Below, in pieces: positions 44,934 through 57,408 of a DNA stretch of 64,000 nucleotides. Position 1 is the first letter of the stretch, and every line of letters starts with the position of its first letter. The DNA is from the human T2T-CHM13v2.0 reference genome, Homo sapiens. Below the pieces are notes generated by a model that made no database searches, had not been told where the DNA came from, and saw only the letters and a list, made by a program, of their open reading frames with translations. A program made the translations under genes and the position numbers. The stretch lies in the NCBI RefSeq assembly GCF_009914755.1, contig NC_060925.1. One strand, written 5' to 3'.

Positions 44934-46583
44934 AAATATATATTTATTATACTTTACATTCTAGGATACATGTGCACAATGTGCAGGTTTGTTACATATG
45001 TATACATGTGCCATGTTGGTGTGCTGCACCCATTAACTCATCATTTACATTAGGTATATCTCCTAATGCTATCCCTCTCCCCTCCCCCCACCTCACAACA
45101 GGCCCTAGTGTGTGATGTTCCCTTTCCTGTGTCCAAGTGTTCTCATTGTTCAATTCCCACCTATGAGTGAGAACATGCGGTGTTTGGTTTTTTGTCCTTG
45201 TGATAGTTTGCTGAGAATGATGGTTTCCAGCTTCATCCATGTCCCTACAAAGGACATGAACTCATCATTTTTTATGGCTGCATAGTATTCCATGGTGTAT
45301 ATGTGCCACATTTTCTTAATCCAGCCTATCATTGTTGGACATTTGGGTTGGTTCCAAGTCTTTGCTATTGTGAGTAGTGCCGCAATAAACATACGTGTGC
45401 ATGTGTCTTTATAGCAGCATGATTTATATTCCTTTGGGTATATGCCTAGTAATGGGATGGCTGGGTCAAATGGTATTTCCAGTTCTAGATCCCTGAGGAA
45501 TCACCACACTGTCTTCCACAATGGTTGAACTAGTTTAGAGTCCCACCAACAGTGTAATAGTGTTCCTATTTCTCCACATCCTGTCCAGCACCTATTGTTT
45601 CCTGACTTTTTAATGATCGCCATTCTAACTGGTGTGAGATGATATCTCATTGTGGTTTTCATTTGCATTTCTCTGATGGCCAGTGACGATGAGCATTTTT
45701 TCCTGTGCCTTTTGGCTGCATTAAATGTCTCCTTTTGAGAAGTGTCTGTTCATATCCTTCACCCACTTTTTGATGGGGTTGTTTTTTTCTTGTAAATTTG
45801 TTTGAGTTCTTGTAAATTTAAGGACTTCTCTGCATTGGTTATTCTAGTTAGCCATTCGTCTAATCTTTTTTCAATGTTTTTAACTTCTTTGCGATGGGTT
45901 CGAACTTCCTCCTTTAGCTCGGAGAAGTTTGATCGTCTGAAGCCTTCTTCTCTCAACTCATCAAATTCATTCTCCGTCCAGCTTTGTTCCATTGCTGGTG
46001 AGGAGCTGCATTCCTTTGAAGGAGGAGAGGCACTCTGATTTTTAGAATTTTCAGTTTTTTGTTCTGTTTTTTCCCCATCTTTGTGGTTTTATTTACCTTT
46101 GGTCTTTGACGTTGGTGACGTACAGATGGGGTTTTGGTGTGGATGTCCTTTCTGTTTGTTAGTTTTCCTTCTAACAGTCAGGACCCTCAGCTGCAGGTCT
46201 GTTGGAGTTTGCTGGAGGTCCACTCCAGACCCTGTTTGCCTAGGTATCAGCAGTGGAGGCTGCAGAGCAGCGAATATTGCTGAACAGCAAATGTTGCTGC
46301 CTGATCGTTCCTCTGGAGGTTTCGTCTCAGAGGGGTACCTGGTCGTGTGAGGTGTCAGTCTGCCCCTACTGGGGGGTGCCTCCCAGTTAGGCTACTCGGG
46401 GGTCAGGGACCCACTTGAGGAGGCAGTCTGTCTGTTCTCAGATCTCAAGCTGCGTGCTGGGAGAACCACTACTCTCTTCAAAGCTCAGTTGGAAATGCAG
46501 AAATCACCCATCTTCTGCTATACTCACGCTGGGAGCTGTAGACTGGAGCTGTTCCTATTCGGCCATCTTGGAACTGCCCCCCA
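44934..46583 (-). mobile_element. 5'-intact, spliced and internally deleted L1PA4/5-like element (SpIRE97/622 type)
   Basis: Starts GGGGGGCAGTTCCAAGATGGCC (YY1 site 46561-70); splice junction AACTGAG|CTTTGAAG at 46484/46483; ORF1 to ORF2 jump at ~45815; TSD CTTTAAAAA(A)TTTTT at 44918-33 and 46584-97. Confidence 0.92.
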
Positions 46584-46597
46584 CTTTAAAAATTTTT

Positions 46598-46870
46598 AAA
46601 TGACACACAAAGATGTATTGGGCAAAACATATTTTGAAATGTGTATACCTGTGGAATGGCTTAATTAAGCAAATTAACATGCACTACCTCACTTATTTTC
46701 TGTGGTGACAACACTTAAAATCTACTCTCTTAGTGATTTTCAAGAATATGACATATTGTTATTAACTATATAGTCACTGTGTTGTACAATAGATTACTTC
46801 AACTTATTCCTCCTATCTAATTGAAATTTTGAATCCTTTGACCAGCCAACATCTCTCCAACACCCCCTTT
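46598..46870 (-). mobile_element. L1MA6/7-like 3' end
   Basis: gtggaatggc...acacttaaaatctactctcttagtgattttcaagaata. Confidence 0.7.
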
Positions 46871-47089
46871 TCCCCCAGGGCCTATTAATTTTTATGCAGA
46901 TATTTTATATTTTTTATTTTGCTCTGTTAGATGTCATTTTCTGGGGAGATTTGCTAAATCTCCTACTACACTTGTGGATCCCAGTTACTTTTAAAAATTC
47001 CAGTGTCACTGTAAGCCATATGTTCTTGAAGACATATGGCATTTGAAATCGACAGTTGGTATCTGCCAACCATTGTTAGTGGGATACAT

Positions 47090-48030
47090 GCACGACATAT
47101 TTGTTGAACAAACATTTCTTGAAAATCCACTTTGTGTATGGCACTCAAGAGGCAAAGATCTTGAAGGTTGCAGTTGAGAGAAGGGAATCCGCACTGCCAC
47201 ACAAATATGAAGTTGTGTAATGTAGTAGGAGCATGAAGATATTCAATTAGAGAAACGTATGTGAATTCTTGCACTGCACTTATCGGTATATAATTCAGGT
47301 AAGTTACTTAATCTCTCTGCTCTTCTAGTTCTTCATTTGTAAAATATGAATAGTTTTTACCTACTTTACAGTATAAGTAAAGCTGCTCACACAGTGAATT
47401 TTTTGCATCACAAGCTGTATTTATCTAAAACATAGATTGATATTGTCTAGCCCATGGGTTATAGAAACACAGAAATTGGGTGACTGACTTTGCTAGGATT
47501 GGGATGATCTACATTTATCAAATGCCAATTGTGAATTAGGTAAATGAAGAGCCTCAGCATGTGCTGGGCAACACAGGTAGAAGATGGAAATATAGAACCT
47601 AAACCTAAGTTGGGCTGGTCCAAAGCTGTTGCTCTCCTGAGCTGACATTAAGCTGGGGCTTGAAGAATAAGGAAGATGCATTCAAAGTAGAGAGAACAGC
47701 TTTTGCTAAGTCACAGAAATATGGAAGCCCATGTTATGTTTGGGGAACACTGAAGACAGCCATGTCATTGATAAAAAGTGGTGAGAGTTAAGATTAGGAA
47801 ATAAAATGGGATCCAGTTTAAAATGCCTTCCTATTTTGGATTTCAGTCTCTAAGCAGTGAAGAAATATCAAAGCATTTTGCAGAGTAGAGGCACATAATG
47901 TGCTTGATGAAGTAGAGAGAGGAAGGCTAGAGTATGACCAGTCAGTTGAAATTGAGGCTTCTGGAAAACTTGAAGCAGAGATATGCAGACTGGAGGTGGA
48001 GCCATGGCAGTGGAAAAGTAAGAACTCAGG
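47090..48030. mobile_element. L2 (antisense) and MIR fragments
   Basis: MIR core aggtaagttacttaatctctctg...catttgtaaaat at ~47295-47350 flanked by L2-like purine-rich text. Confidence 0.5.
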
Positions 48031-51000
48031 GTGAGGCGGTACTATTGCTCAATCTGGAACTTTTAGCAGGAACCCAGGCACCCCAAACATGGCTTAAGTT
48101 CTCTAACTAGACAGAGCCAGTTGTTTCCTTAGTTATTTGAAAGTACTCTGAAATTCTTGCATGTACTGCATGGATTTAAATGCTAAACTTTGGCCTCTGC
48201 AGTTTTTAAACTAAGCTGGACATCTAAACTATGAGGAAGGTAACTTGTCCAATTAAACAAATCTGGCTTTGCCTTCATTGCTGCAGGTATTTGATTCTCT
48301 CTCAGGAGTATGCACACAGAGTTCGGAAAATATAACTGCATTGACCTGATGTTGTTTGAAGCTCTGTACACTTGAAGGAAGGAGGAGGTATTGCTTTCAA
48401 AGGCTCTTCATGTATTCATTCAGCTTGGATATAAGGTGGGATAGAACATTAAGGAACTCAGGAGATTCTGTAACTTATTTAGGGCAAAGAGCGAGATGGG
48501 TGATAGCTAATCATTGAGCACACATAGGATATGCGTGGTTCTTGGATGCTGTGTAGTTGAGAAACGGTCCTGCCCTATCCTTGAGGAACCTACTATGCTG
48601 GTAGGAACATGAAAGAGGGGAAACTGGTGAAACACAGACTTCTAGCTGAAAATGACTGAATATTTTGAGAAGGGGAAACATGTCCTACAGGTTGGCACAG
48701 AGATGGGACATGGGCCTTGGAATGACTTTGGAATCTGAGTCCTCCTGACTTTCAGTGTGTCACTGTGGCCGTTCTTCTCTTTCTTGAGAGTTATAATTGT
48801 GTCTCTTGTTGTCCCTGGCCTCATCTTTACAGTCTGTGGGGTGTTCACCCCTCATTTGCTCTCTCTGGTGTCCACCAACCCCTCCCTTGCCATTGCCTTT
48901 TTCATCCTCTCTTACCCTCTGGTTAGCATTTTTATTAGAAAATGGAAAACTTCAGTGATTATATGGAAGAACTGTGTCCAGCTGCTCAAACCCACCCAGT
49001 TTCTGTTTTTAGCTTCTCCACCACTTAAAAATAAGCAGCATCAGGTCCCACTTGCCAAGCCTTTGTCACAGTCTCCAGCAGCCATTCCTCCGGCCATCTG
49101 CTCCTCCAGATGCTCAGCCTGTCCCCACCTCCCGTCTCAGCCCCACATGCAGCCCCTCTGTGGATGAGTGAGGGGCTGGCAAGCCCACAGCCTCCAGCCC
49201 GACTGTGTCATCTGCCTCCCTTCCCCATGTATGTTTCTAGTTTTGTTTTGACCCACGTTCCTGCAGCCCCCCATCCCCGGCTTGTTTGCTCCCACCAATC
49301 CTGTGATTTCCAGGGAAAGGATGCTGCCTGGAAAAGAGGGATGAGTTGCCATGGAGATTTGAATATACACAGGAAGCCATGGACACCTCACACCTGGAAG
49401 TACAAACGAGTTTGACGTAAGTTTAGTTTAGCCCTAAGGTTTAGTTGGTTTGGGTTGCAGTCCTTCCCTTTGGAAGTCAGTGTCTTAGACGGAAGTTTAA
49501 AGCCAAGTGTTGCCATAGCTGAGTGTTGTCGTGACATTCCTCCATCTCATCTTAGTCTCTTGGATCACAGGCAAACTACTCAGAGGAATTGGAGGTCTGC
49601 CCTAGGCCAGTGTTCTGAGGGGCTTGCTGTAACCAGGCCAAAAGTCTAGCACCTGCCCTTGCACCTGAAGAGTGGGTATATTCACATTCACAGGGAGAGA
49701 AACTGCCCCGACCCACCCCCTGTCATGTACCGTAGAGACCATGTGGACAACTGGTCACCCCTGCCTGAGAACAAAGTGATTCTAATGAGCCCCACCTCCC
49801 ATTCTTCCTCTTTCTTCTGGATTTCAGGAGTGTCAGGGGAGGAAGCTTGGAATTGGCGGCTACACCTTGCCTGTCTGTGGCCGGGGGCACAGGAGGCTCC
49901 TCCTCACTCTCCATGTGATGACACATGGTGGGCAGGATAGGAGGGGCCTGGTGGTTGAATACTGTGAAGGAACATTCCCTGCCCTGGGATGCATTTCTCT
50001 GGGTCTCAGAGGAAAGGGGGTGCATTTTTGGCATTACTCCTAATGCCCCCATAGACCAAGCAAGAACCCTGCTCTGTGATGAATGTAGGGGAGAACAATT
50101 CGCCCTTTCTCAACAGGGCTCTGCTGACCTTTTGGGCAGGACGGCTCCGTCCTGCACATTGCCGTGCGCTTATTATCCCTGGCCCCTGCCCACCAAATGC
50201 CACATTGCCTTGTAGTCATTGAGACAACCAAACATGCCCAGCAACTTTTCAAACATCTCCTGGGGGATAGTGCCACTCTCATTTTTTTGCTGCCAGGAAA
50301 TCAGATTGCTACAGACTAATCAACACTCTGAGAAGAGACCGGGACCAGACCAGAGCTCTCTTTTATCCTGATAAATTCCTATTAATGAAAATCAAATTCT
50401 ATTTGTCCATTATTGCCTTAGCTGATGAACTTGGCAACTCTCTTTGTCATACCTGATGGCTTTTCACTGTCTTCTGGTATTCCCCCATTTCGTTTATAAT
50501 TCTTCGACATGAATTCTCTTGTCAAGGGAGTTTTCAAGTATCTAAGCCATGAGGATGGTGACTTAACACATGAGGCATGCCTCCCACTCGTGAGGCTTGC
50601 ATCCCGGTGATGAAGGACCACAGGGGTAATCGCTGTAGGACTATGGAAAGGAGAGTGTAAGAGAAAAAGCCTTTAAAGTGGAGGCTTTGGCCCTGTGGCC
50701 CTAGAGATTCCGAAAGTTAGATTTATTGATGTAGCTGGCTGGTCAAAGGGAATATACCCTCTAATTTTGTCCATATGACCTGTTTCCTCCTGGGAACTTA
50801 CCCCGAGAGCTCCTATAAACCAGTAGCTGAGCCAGGAGGTTCCCAAGGTGGAGAGAGAGATCCCTGATGTCAAAACCATCACCTTCCAAAATGTCCAGAG
50901 AATGCAAAGAGGAGAGATGGATTGCAGCTGAGACTCCTGTCCCCTTTGCTGTTAGTTATTACCCTCTTGTGGATGAACCTGACAGATCCCACCCCCTTTT

Positions 51001-53573
51001 CCTTTCCTGTAGCCCATCATTCTTTTTCCCCACTGTTTCACTGTGAAAATGAACAATGCTCTGTTCATTTTGCTGCTTATTGGCATGGCTAGTTTTGTCA
51101 GAGGATGAGGCTGTTGGTTAAAATTAGGTTTTTGGATTCCTTGATCATCGTCTATTTTGTCTCCTACCCACTCACCCTGGGGGATAATCAAGAATTGCCT
51201 ATGGGCATCTTGATTTCTCCTTTAAATCCTTTTAGTTTGATTCTAACAGGCTGTGCTTTAACATTCTTGCTTATTTAAATTTTTTTTTAATTTCTAAATT
51301 TTTAAAAAACATTTATAAAATTGAATTGTAGTCATTCATTTCAGATTTTAGTTGCCCCCCCTCTCCTTCCTATCTCTGAGATCAGCAGCTCCTTCACAGT
51401 TGGTATGATTTTGACTTTTTTTTTTTTTTCCTAAGTAGATATAGGAATTTATGGAACCATGTAGCTTAGAATATGGGGATAGTCACAGAATCAAAGGAAG
51501 CACGGTAGGAGCTGGGGCCTCAGGGCTGGACAGAGGAGTCCTATGCCTCCAATACACGCTGTCTGTTCTTACCTCCCTTGGCCCTCAGCTCCTCCTCCTG
51601 CTGTGTCCAGTCCTTACCCTGCCCCAAGTATCAGCTCCACAGTCCTGCTTAGCAGCCCCAGGCAAAGAGAGTCTTCCTCTCTCAGTACCTCTGTTGATTA
51701 TTTAATACTTGTAATCACTTCCTACAAAAGAAGAGCCACTTAGCTTAACAAGCTATGTGCACTCTCGGTAGTTGACGTTAACAAAGGAAAAATCACACAG
51801 GGCCTTTGTGTTCCCTTCTCAGGATGTGAGGCTGGGGGAGACTGATGGGGTTAGAACAGAAGTGGTGGAGTGTCAGACTCAGTGGATCCCTTAGGAATCA
51901 AATGTCTTGTTAGTAACCGCAGTATCTGGAGAGAATTACTTGGACGTATTTATGTCAATTAAGACAATTCATATTTTCTTAATCCATTTTGGATCTTCCT
52001 CTGTCTCCCAACTTCCTCTCACCCTGCCTCCCTAGTTACTGCTAGTTGAGTCAGTAATACCCAGAAAATATCTTCCTCTGCTTTAGAATGCAGAAAGTGG
52101 TAGATTAATGTCCCATTATTCTCAGAGGTGAAGAGTGCTGAATAATAAGCCTGTTCCTTCCCCATTTCTCTCTCATTAACAGTTTTCACACCATGTAGTT
52201 ATCTCGTACCAGGTCTTGTCTGACAGTGTCCTCTTGTACGTGCCTGTGGCCTCCTAGAGCAGGGGCAAGACTAGAGGTAATCTTGCCTGGTGGCCTCTAA
52301 GTAGAGACACCCTACATCACTGGAGAGCATTCCAGAACAACCATGATCGGGCAGACATCTCACTGTCCACTGCACAGCTTCTCTGTGAGCAGGCCACACT
52401 TGCGTCTGGCAGCAGTAAAAGCACGTTCCACAGTGATGTTGGAGCAGAGAGCCGTGGGTGGGGAGATGGGGTGACAGAGGGTAGCAGCCAGATCTGAGAG
52501 TTAAGAACAGACCCTGGGGCTGGCAGGAGAGAACAGGAGGAGTCAGAAATTCATTTCTCTAGATGGAGAGGACACTGACCATGATGCCAAAGCAGTCACA
52601 GGAGATTCACAGTAGGGCCGCATAATAAGTAAGCCTCTTGCTGAAGACTCGCCCTCCAATTTAGTCCTTTTTGCCTGTCATGAATTGCATCGGCTGCTGT
52701 CATTGAGTCATTCCGAGTTCTGTTTGTAATTGGAACGCAGCTGAAATTAGGGTGCACGTGACCCTAGAGATGTGTGGGTTTCTGGAGGATATTCGGGAAA
52801 TATCTCCAGACCCTTTGCTCCCTCTTTCTCTGTGTCTGTGGATTAGGCGGAGGTGCTTATCAGATACCCTGGGCCCCTGCATGTCCCGCTGCTGTGCTGT
52901 ACCTGGTTCTCATTCTGAACACACGGTCCCTTGGGGTGGTCCCCGTGCATGTGCTGATAGGGCTCGCACACTCCAGCACAGCGACCTCACTCAGAGGGGC
53001 TCCCAGAACAGTCAGGATAAAGGCTTTGTTTGCTTTATGAAATCCCTGGGAAAATCTTAAAAGGAGAAGTGCAATAAAGAGCTAGGAAGGACAAGTGGAA
53101 TTCTTTATTGTGATGCTGTAAAACACCCCTCCAGCCTTGAGTATTTCAGGCACGCCGATACACTTCATCCTCAGTGCCGACGTGTGCTGCGGGTGAAGTG
53201 TGGGCCTGAGCTCTGACTCCAGCAGTAGGCTCGGCTCACACTGATTGTCCTACACTCTTATTATGAGATTGCTCTTAATAGCATGTCAGGTTTAGGGGGT
53301 GGTTGGATGGCTTCCCAGGGTCAGTGTAACTGGCCCAGGGGATCATGCTGATCTTGACCTAATTCCATGGAGCTATATATACTAGTTATCACAGACAGCA
53401 GTTTGAAGTTCTTGCACCTGTAGGTTTACATGCAGAAAGCAAGTGGAGGTGGGAGGGCTGCTAAATCCTAACTGGCTTCAGTGCTTGTATTCCACATGTC
53501 AGAGGGAAGCCCTCGCATTTTGTTCCACCTCAAAGAAACAACTTGGGGTATGTCACTTCTTTCCTTAGGGTAG

Positions 53574-53894
<321 letters not shown>

Positions 53895-54048
53895 CAGGAA
53901 TTGAAGTTTTGAGAGCTGTTTAAATAATGACCTGGTTTGGGCTCTGTGGGGAGGCGTCCTGGGCTGGTGACAGAGAAAGCTGGATGGTATCTTAGCCCCA
54001 TTTTTTCCACCCTTGTCATGAGATGCTTTCTTGCCATTTTTCCCGTAG

Positions 54049-54193
54049 GCCCGATACTTCTCCCCACAAGCTCGCCGTCGATTCCACGCTGCCCTTGCTT
54101 CTTGTTCCACCTCGATGCTGATCCTGTCCAACCTGGTATTTCTTGGGGGCAATGAGGTTGGGAAAACCTACTGGAATAGGATCTTCATACAAG
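54049..54193 (+). CDS. HHAT: HHAT penultimate coding exon (145 nt; A416 to first base of G464)
   Basis: Translates to ARYFSPQARRRFHAALASCSTSMLILSNLVFLGGNEVGKTYWNRIFIQ(G). Acceptor tttttcccgtAG (54047-48), donor AG|GTAAGT at 54194. Continues the frame of the 18394 exon. Confidence 0.98.
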
Positions 54194-54512
54194 GTAAGTT
54201 GCTTGACAGTGCTGTTTTCAGTCAGTTTCTTGTTTTCCATGTATGCGGATGGGATCATACATGGGATGGATGGGATTTGGGGGAAGTCATTCATTGTTAT
54301 GTTCATGGCATGTGACCTCTAAAGTACCAGCCAGGAATAATTTCCTAAGTTTGACTATGACTTTAAGTGTCCCCTGTTTTTGAGGTACCCCATATCTCCT
54401 GTATGTGATACTTGTTTAACACCAAAAGGTATTATTCCAACTCTCCCAAAGTGTATATTCCCTTCCATTACACTATGTTTCCAATTATTTGATATTTCTT
54501 AATCTTTCCTAC

Positions 54513-54914
54513 TGCTGTGGTTGAATATTCCCTTCAAAACTCATGTTGAAACTTAATCCCCAATTGGCATTATTAAGAGATGAGGCCTTTAAGAGGTGAT
54601 TGGATCATGAGGGGTCTGCCCTCATGAATGGATTAACCCATTCATGGATTAATGGGTTATTATGGAAGTGGGACTGGTGACTTTACAAGAAGAGGAAGAA
54701 AGACCTGAGATAGGATGCTCAGCCTCCTCATCACGTGATGCCCTGTGCTACCTGGGGACTCTACAGAGAGTTCCCACCAGCAAGAAGGTCTTCACCAGAT
54801 GCAGCCCCTTGACCTTGGACTTCTCAGCTTCCGTAACTGTAAGAAATAAATTCCATTTCTTTATAAATTATACAGTTTTAGATATTCTGTTATAATCAAC
54901 AGACAACAAAGACA
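54513..54914 (+). mobile_element. MST (MSTD-like) MaLR solo LTR, sense to HHAT
   Basis: TG...CA termini, perfect 5-bp TSD CCTAC (54508-12, 54915-19), AATAAA at 54845-50. Confidence 0.92.
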
Positions 54915-56169
54915 CCTACTGTCTGTGGGTCCTAGCCTGCAATATACTGCAAAATCTAACCTTGTTTTGTTTATTGCTCTGAACGTCCTACTAGGAATTT
55001 GCCCTAGAAGCTTCCTTGTGCTCTCCTGAAGCTGTGGGCATGGCATCTGTGTTTGCCACAGCTCTTGGTTGTGGGTATTTTTGTGTGAATACTAGGGGCC
55101 AACCTTATGTTTAATGTGCATTAAATAGATAATCTGAATATCCAAAGCAAAACCATACTTGCAGCAGGTAAACTGCTACTATGTGGGAGTTGTCAAAACA
55201 TTCTATTAATAATTGATCGTTGTTTATTTATGGTCACCATTTCCCTTGGGCTGGGACTGAGTTACATCATATCTATAAGAGAATTGGGAGATTTGGAACT
55301 ACTCATGGTACATACTACTATAGCCAACTTGCTACATCTTAAAAGAGAAGATCCCTGCTCTGTTCCCTGCCCAGTGACACAGTCTTGTGCTTTTGCTTTG
55401 GGAAGCTTTGCCAAGTGGTGATGACATAACTCTGCACAGCTGGCCCATTATCTCCACATCTGGGTCCCTGAGGAGGCAGCGGTGCTTTTGCTGCAGCTCT
55501 TTTCACACCAGAAATAACAGCAACACAGCTGCAGTATTCCAGAATGGCAGACCATGGGCCTAAACTGTGGCAGCCTTGGGTGAGCCAGGCTCAAAGGGCC
55601 AAGAGAGAGTCCTGTTCTACTTTAATCTTGTCACTAAAAGACCCCTCTTTGATCTTGTTTTCTGTGCGATGTTTTAGCTGATAGTTCCTGAAAAGACCAC
55701 GTACTTTCTAAGCGAAAGCTGTCCTTTAATAAAGATGAGAGATAATAGGGCATTATGGATCTAAAGATAAAGGTGGGTTACAGCATCCTTTACTTTTCTT
55801 GGCTCCTCTCACAGAACCTAGCACAATGATAAGAACATTGTGACTTGGTCGGGGGAAAGTGCGGACTTGGTTTGCTTGTCACATAATGAGGAGGCTCTGA
55901 TTTTCGCTTCCCTAAATCAAATGCATTGGATGTTTGCTACTTGCGAGGCACTGAGAACACAGAGATGAAAAAGGAAGCTCACACGAATGTGAGTGCCAAA
56001 CACACAAAAATGTGCAGTAGATTCAGGGAATTGCTCTGCTGGATGTATGAGTGAGTTACTGGAGGTCACAGGATAGAGTAGCTGACTTTCCACAGAAGAT
56101 GGGCTTTTCAGAAGAGGTGGCATTTGAATTGAAGTAATAATTTAGGAGTTTGCTAGGTAGAAAAGGCAG

Positions 56170-56510
56170 GCATATCAGGGAAATTAACACTGGCTGCTTT
56201 GTGTGAAACTCCAAAATCTTAGTAATTTCTCACCATAGAAGTTTGTTTCTCTGACAGTTCAATACAAATCCAGTGGCTTTTTCTAAGCAGTGACTCCAGG
56301 ACCTAGAATCTTTGTTTTGATTCTCCACTGTCTTGTGCTGGCATCATGGAGGGGAAGAGAACATGAGACTGGTGCACCAGGTGCTCAAACATGTGACATT
56401 TCTGCTTACATGTCATTGGCCAGAGCCAGTCATATGACCAACCCAAGTACAGGGCAGGGGTGTGTAGGGAAGCATGCAGATATCAGTGTGCACCAGCTGT
56501 CTATGGCACA
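56170..56510 (-). mobile_element. Old MLT1 (K/L-like) LTR within L2 remnants
   Basis: catttctgcttacatgtcattggccagagccagtcatatg motif. Confidence 0.55.
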
Positions 56511-57309
56511 GCAGGAGAGGCACATGGGCCTGGTCAGAAATGCCCAAGAGGCAGTTGGAAATATGAGTTGGAGAAGATGGTGGGACCAGTGATTGAGATG
56601 TGTGGGGGTCAAGGGCGTAAAGATTGTATGTGAGGCCAGGGGAGTAGACACAATTAACCACGGAGCTGTGTAGAATGAGAAGAGAACAGGTGGGAGAAAC
56701 CCCAGGGAATGCTGGTATTGAAGGGGGCAGAGAGAAAGGCAGGAAGATCAAAGTGTGACTTGCCTGACATCCTATGGAGTTAACCTCAGTCACATGGGAT
56801 TGGGCTCTGAAAACCCGGTCTGCTGCTGCCTCATGGGACCAGCTATGGTCTGTGACTGAACGCACTATTTGTGTCCTCCTTGGACTCAGGTGCCACAGCC
56901 CTGGGAACTCTGATTCTATAAAAGTGGAGGGCTCTGTGGAATCATCTCTCTTCTGGGTTCTGAGGCCAGAGAAACTCAGCTTAGAAGGCTTTTTCTATGT
57001 CAGTGATTATCCAAATGAGCCTGTTTGCATCTCTGCTGGTCTGTCCCATGGGCCTCCTGAGTCAGGGAATGTCTGCTGGGGTTTTGGCAGTTGCCGCTTC
57101 GTCTATTCCTTGCTGTGGGTTTTTGTCCCTGAAGGATTGGGTTTAGATATCTCTTGGAGGAAAGTGAACCAGATGGTGCCCAATCTCCCATCCTGGAGAA
57201 CTCTGGATTTCATTTCATAACTAATTTGACTTGATAGAAGATTAATATGAATATTCATGTTTTGGTGAAAAAAAATAATGAGTCTATACGATGCTCCCTC
57301 AGTCTCTGC

Positions 57310-57408
57310 TGGGGGTGTTCATATATGAGCTTTCTAAAGTTAAAAAAATCTGAATTCCGAAACTCATCTGACCCCAAAAAGTTTAGTTAAGGGATTGTCA
57401 AACTGTAT
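57310..57408. mobile_element. TcMar-Tigger-type terminal fragment
   Basis: aaaatctgaattccgaaac...taagggattg...actgTA ending in TA. Confidence 0.4.

Noticed and set aside
45800-45830. ORF1-ORF2 junction as a second splice event
   Set aside because: The ORF1 side lacks a GT donor at the breakpoint; microhomology and templated repeat fit better.
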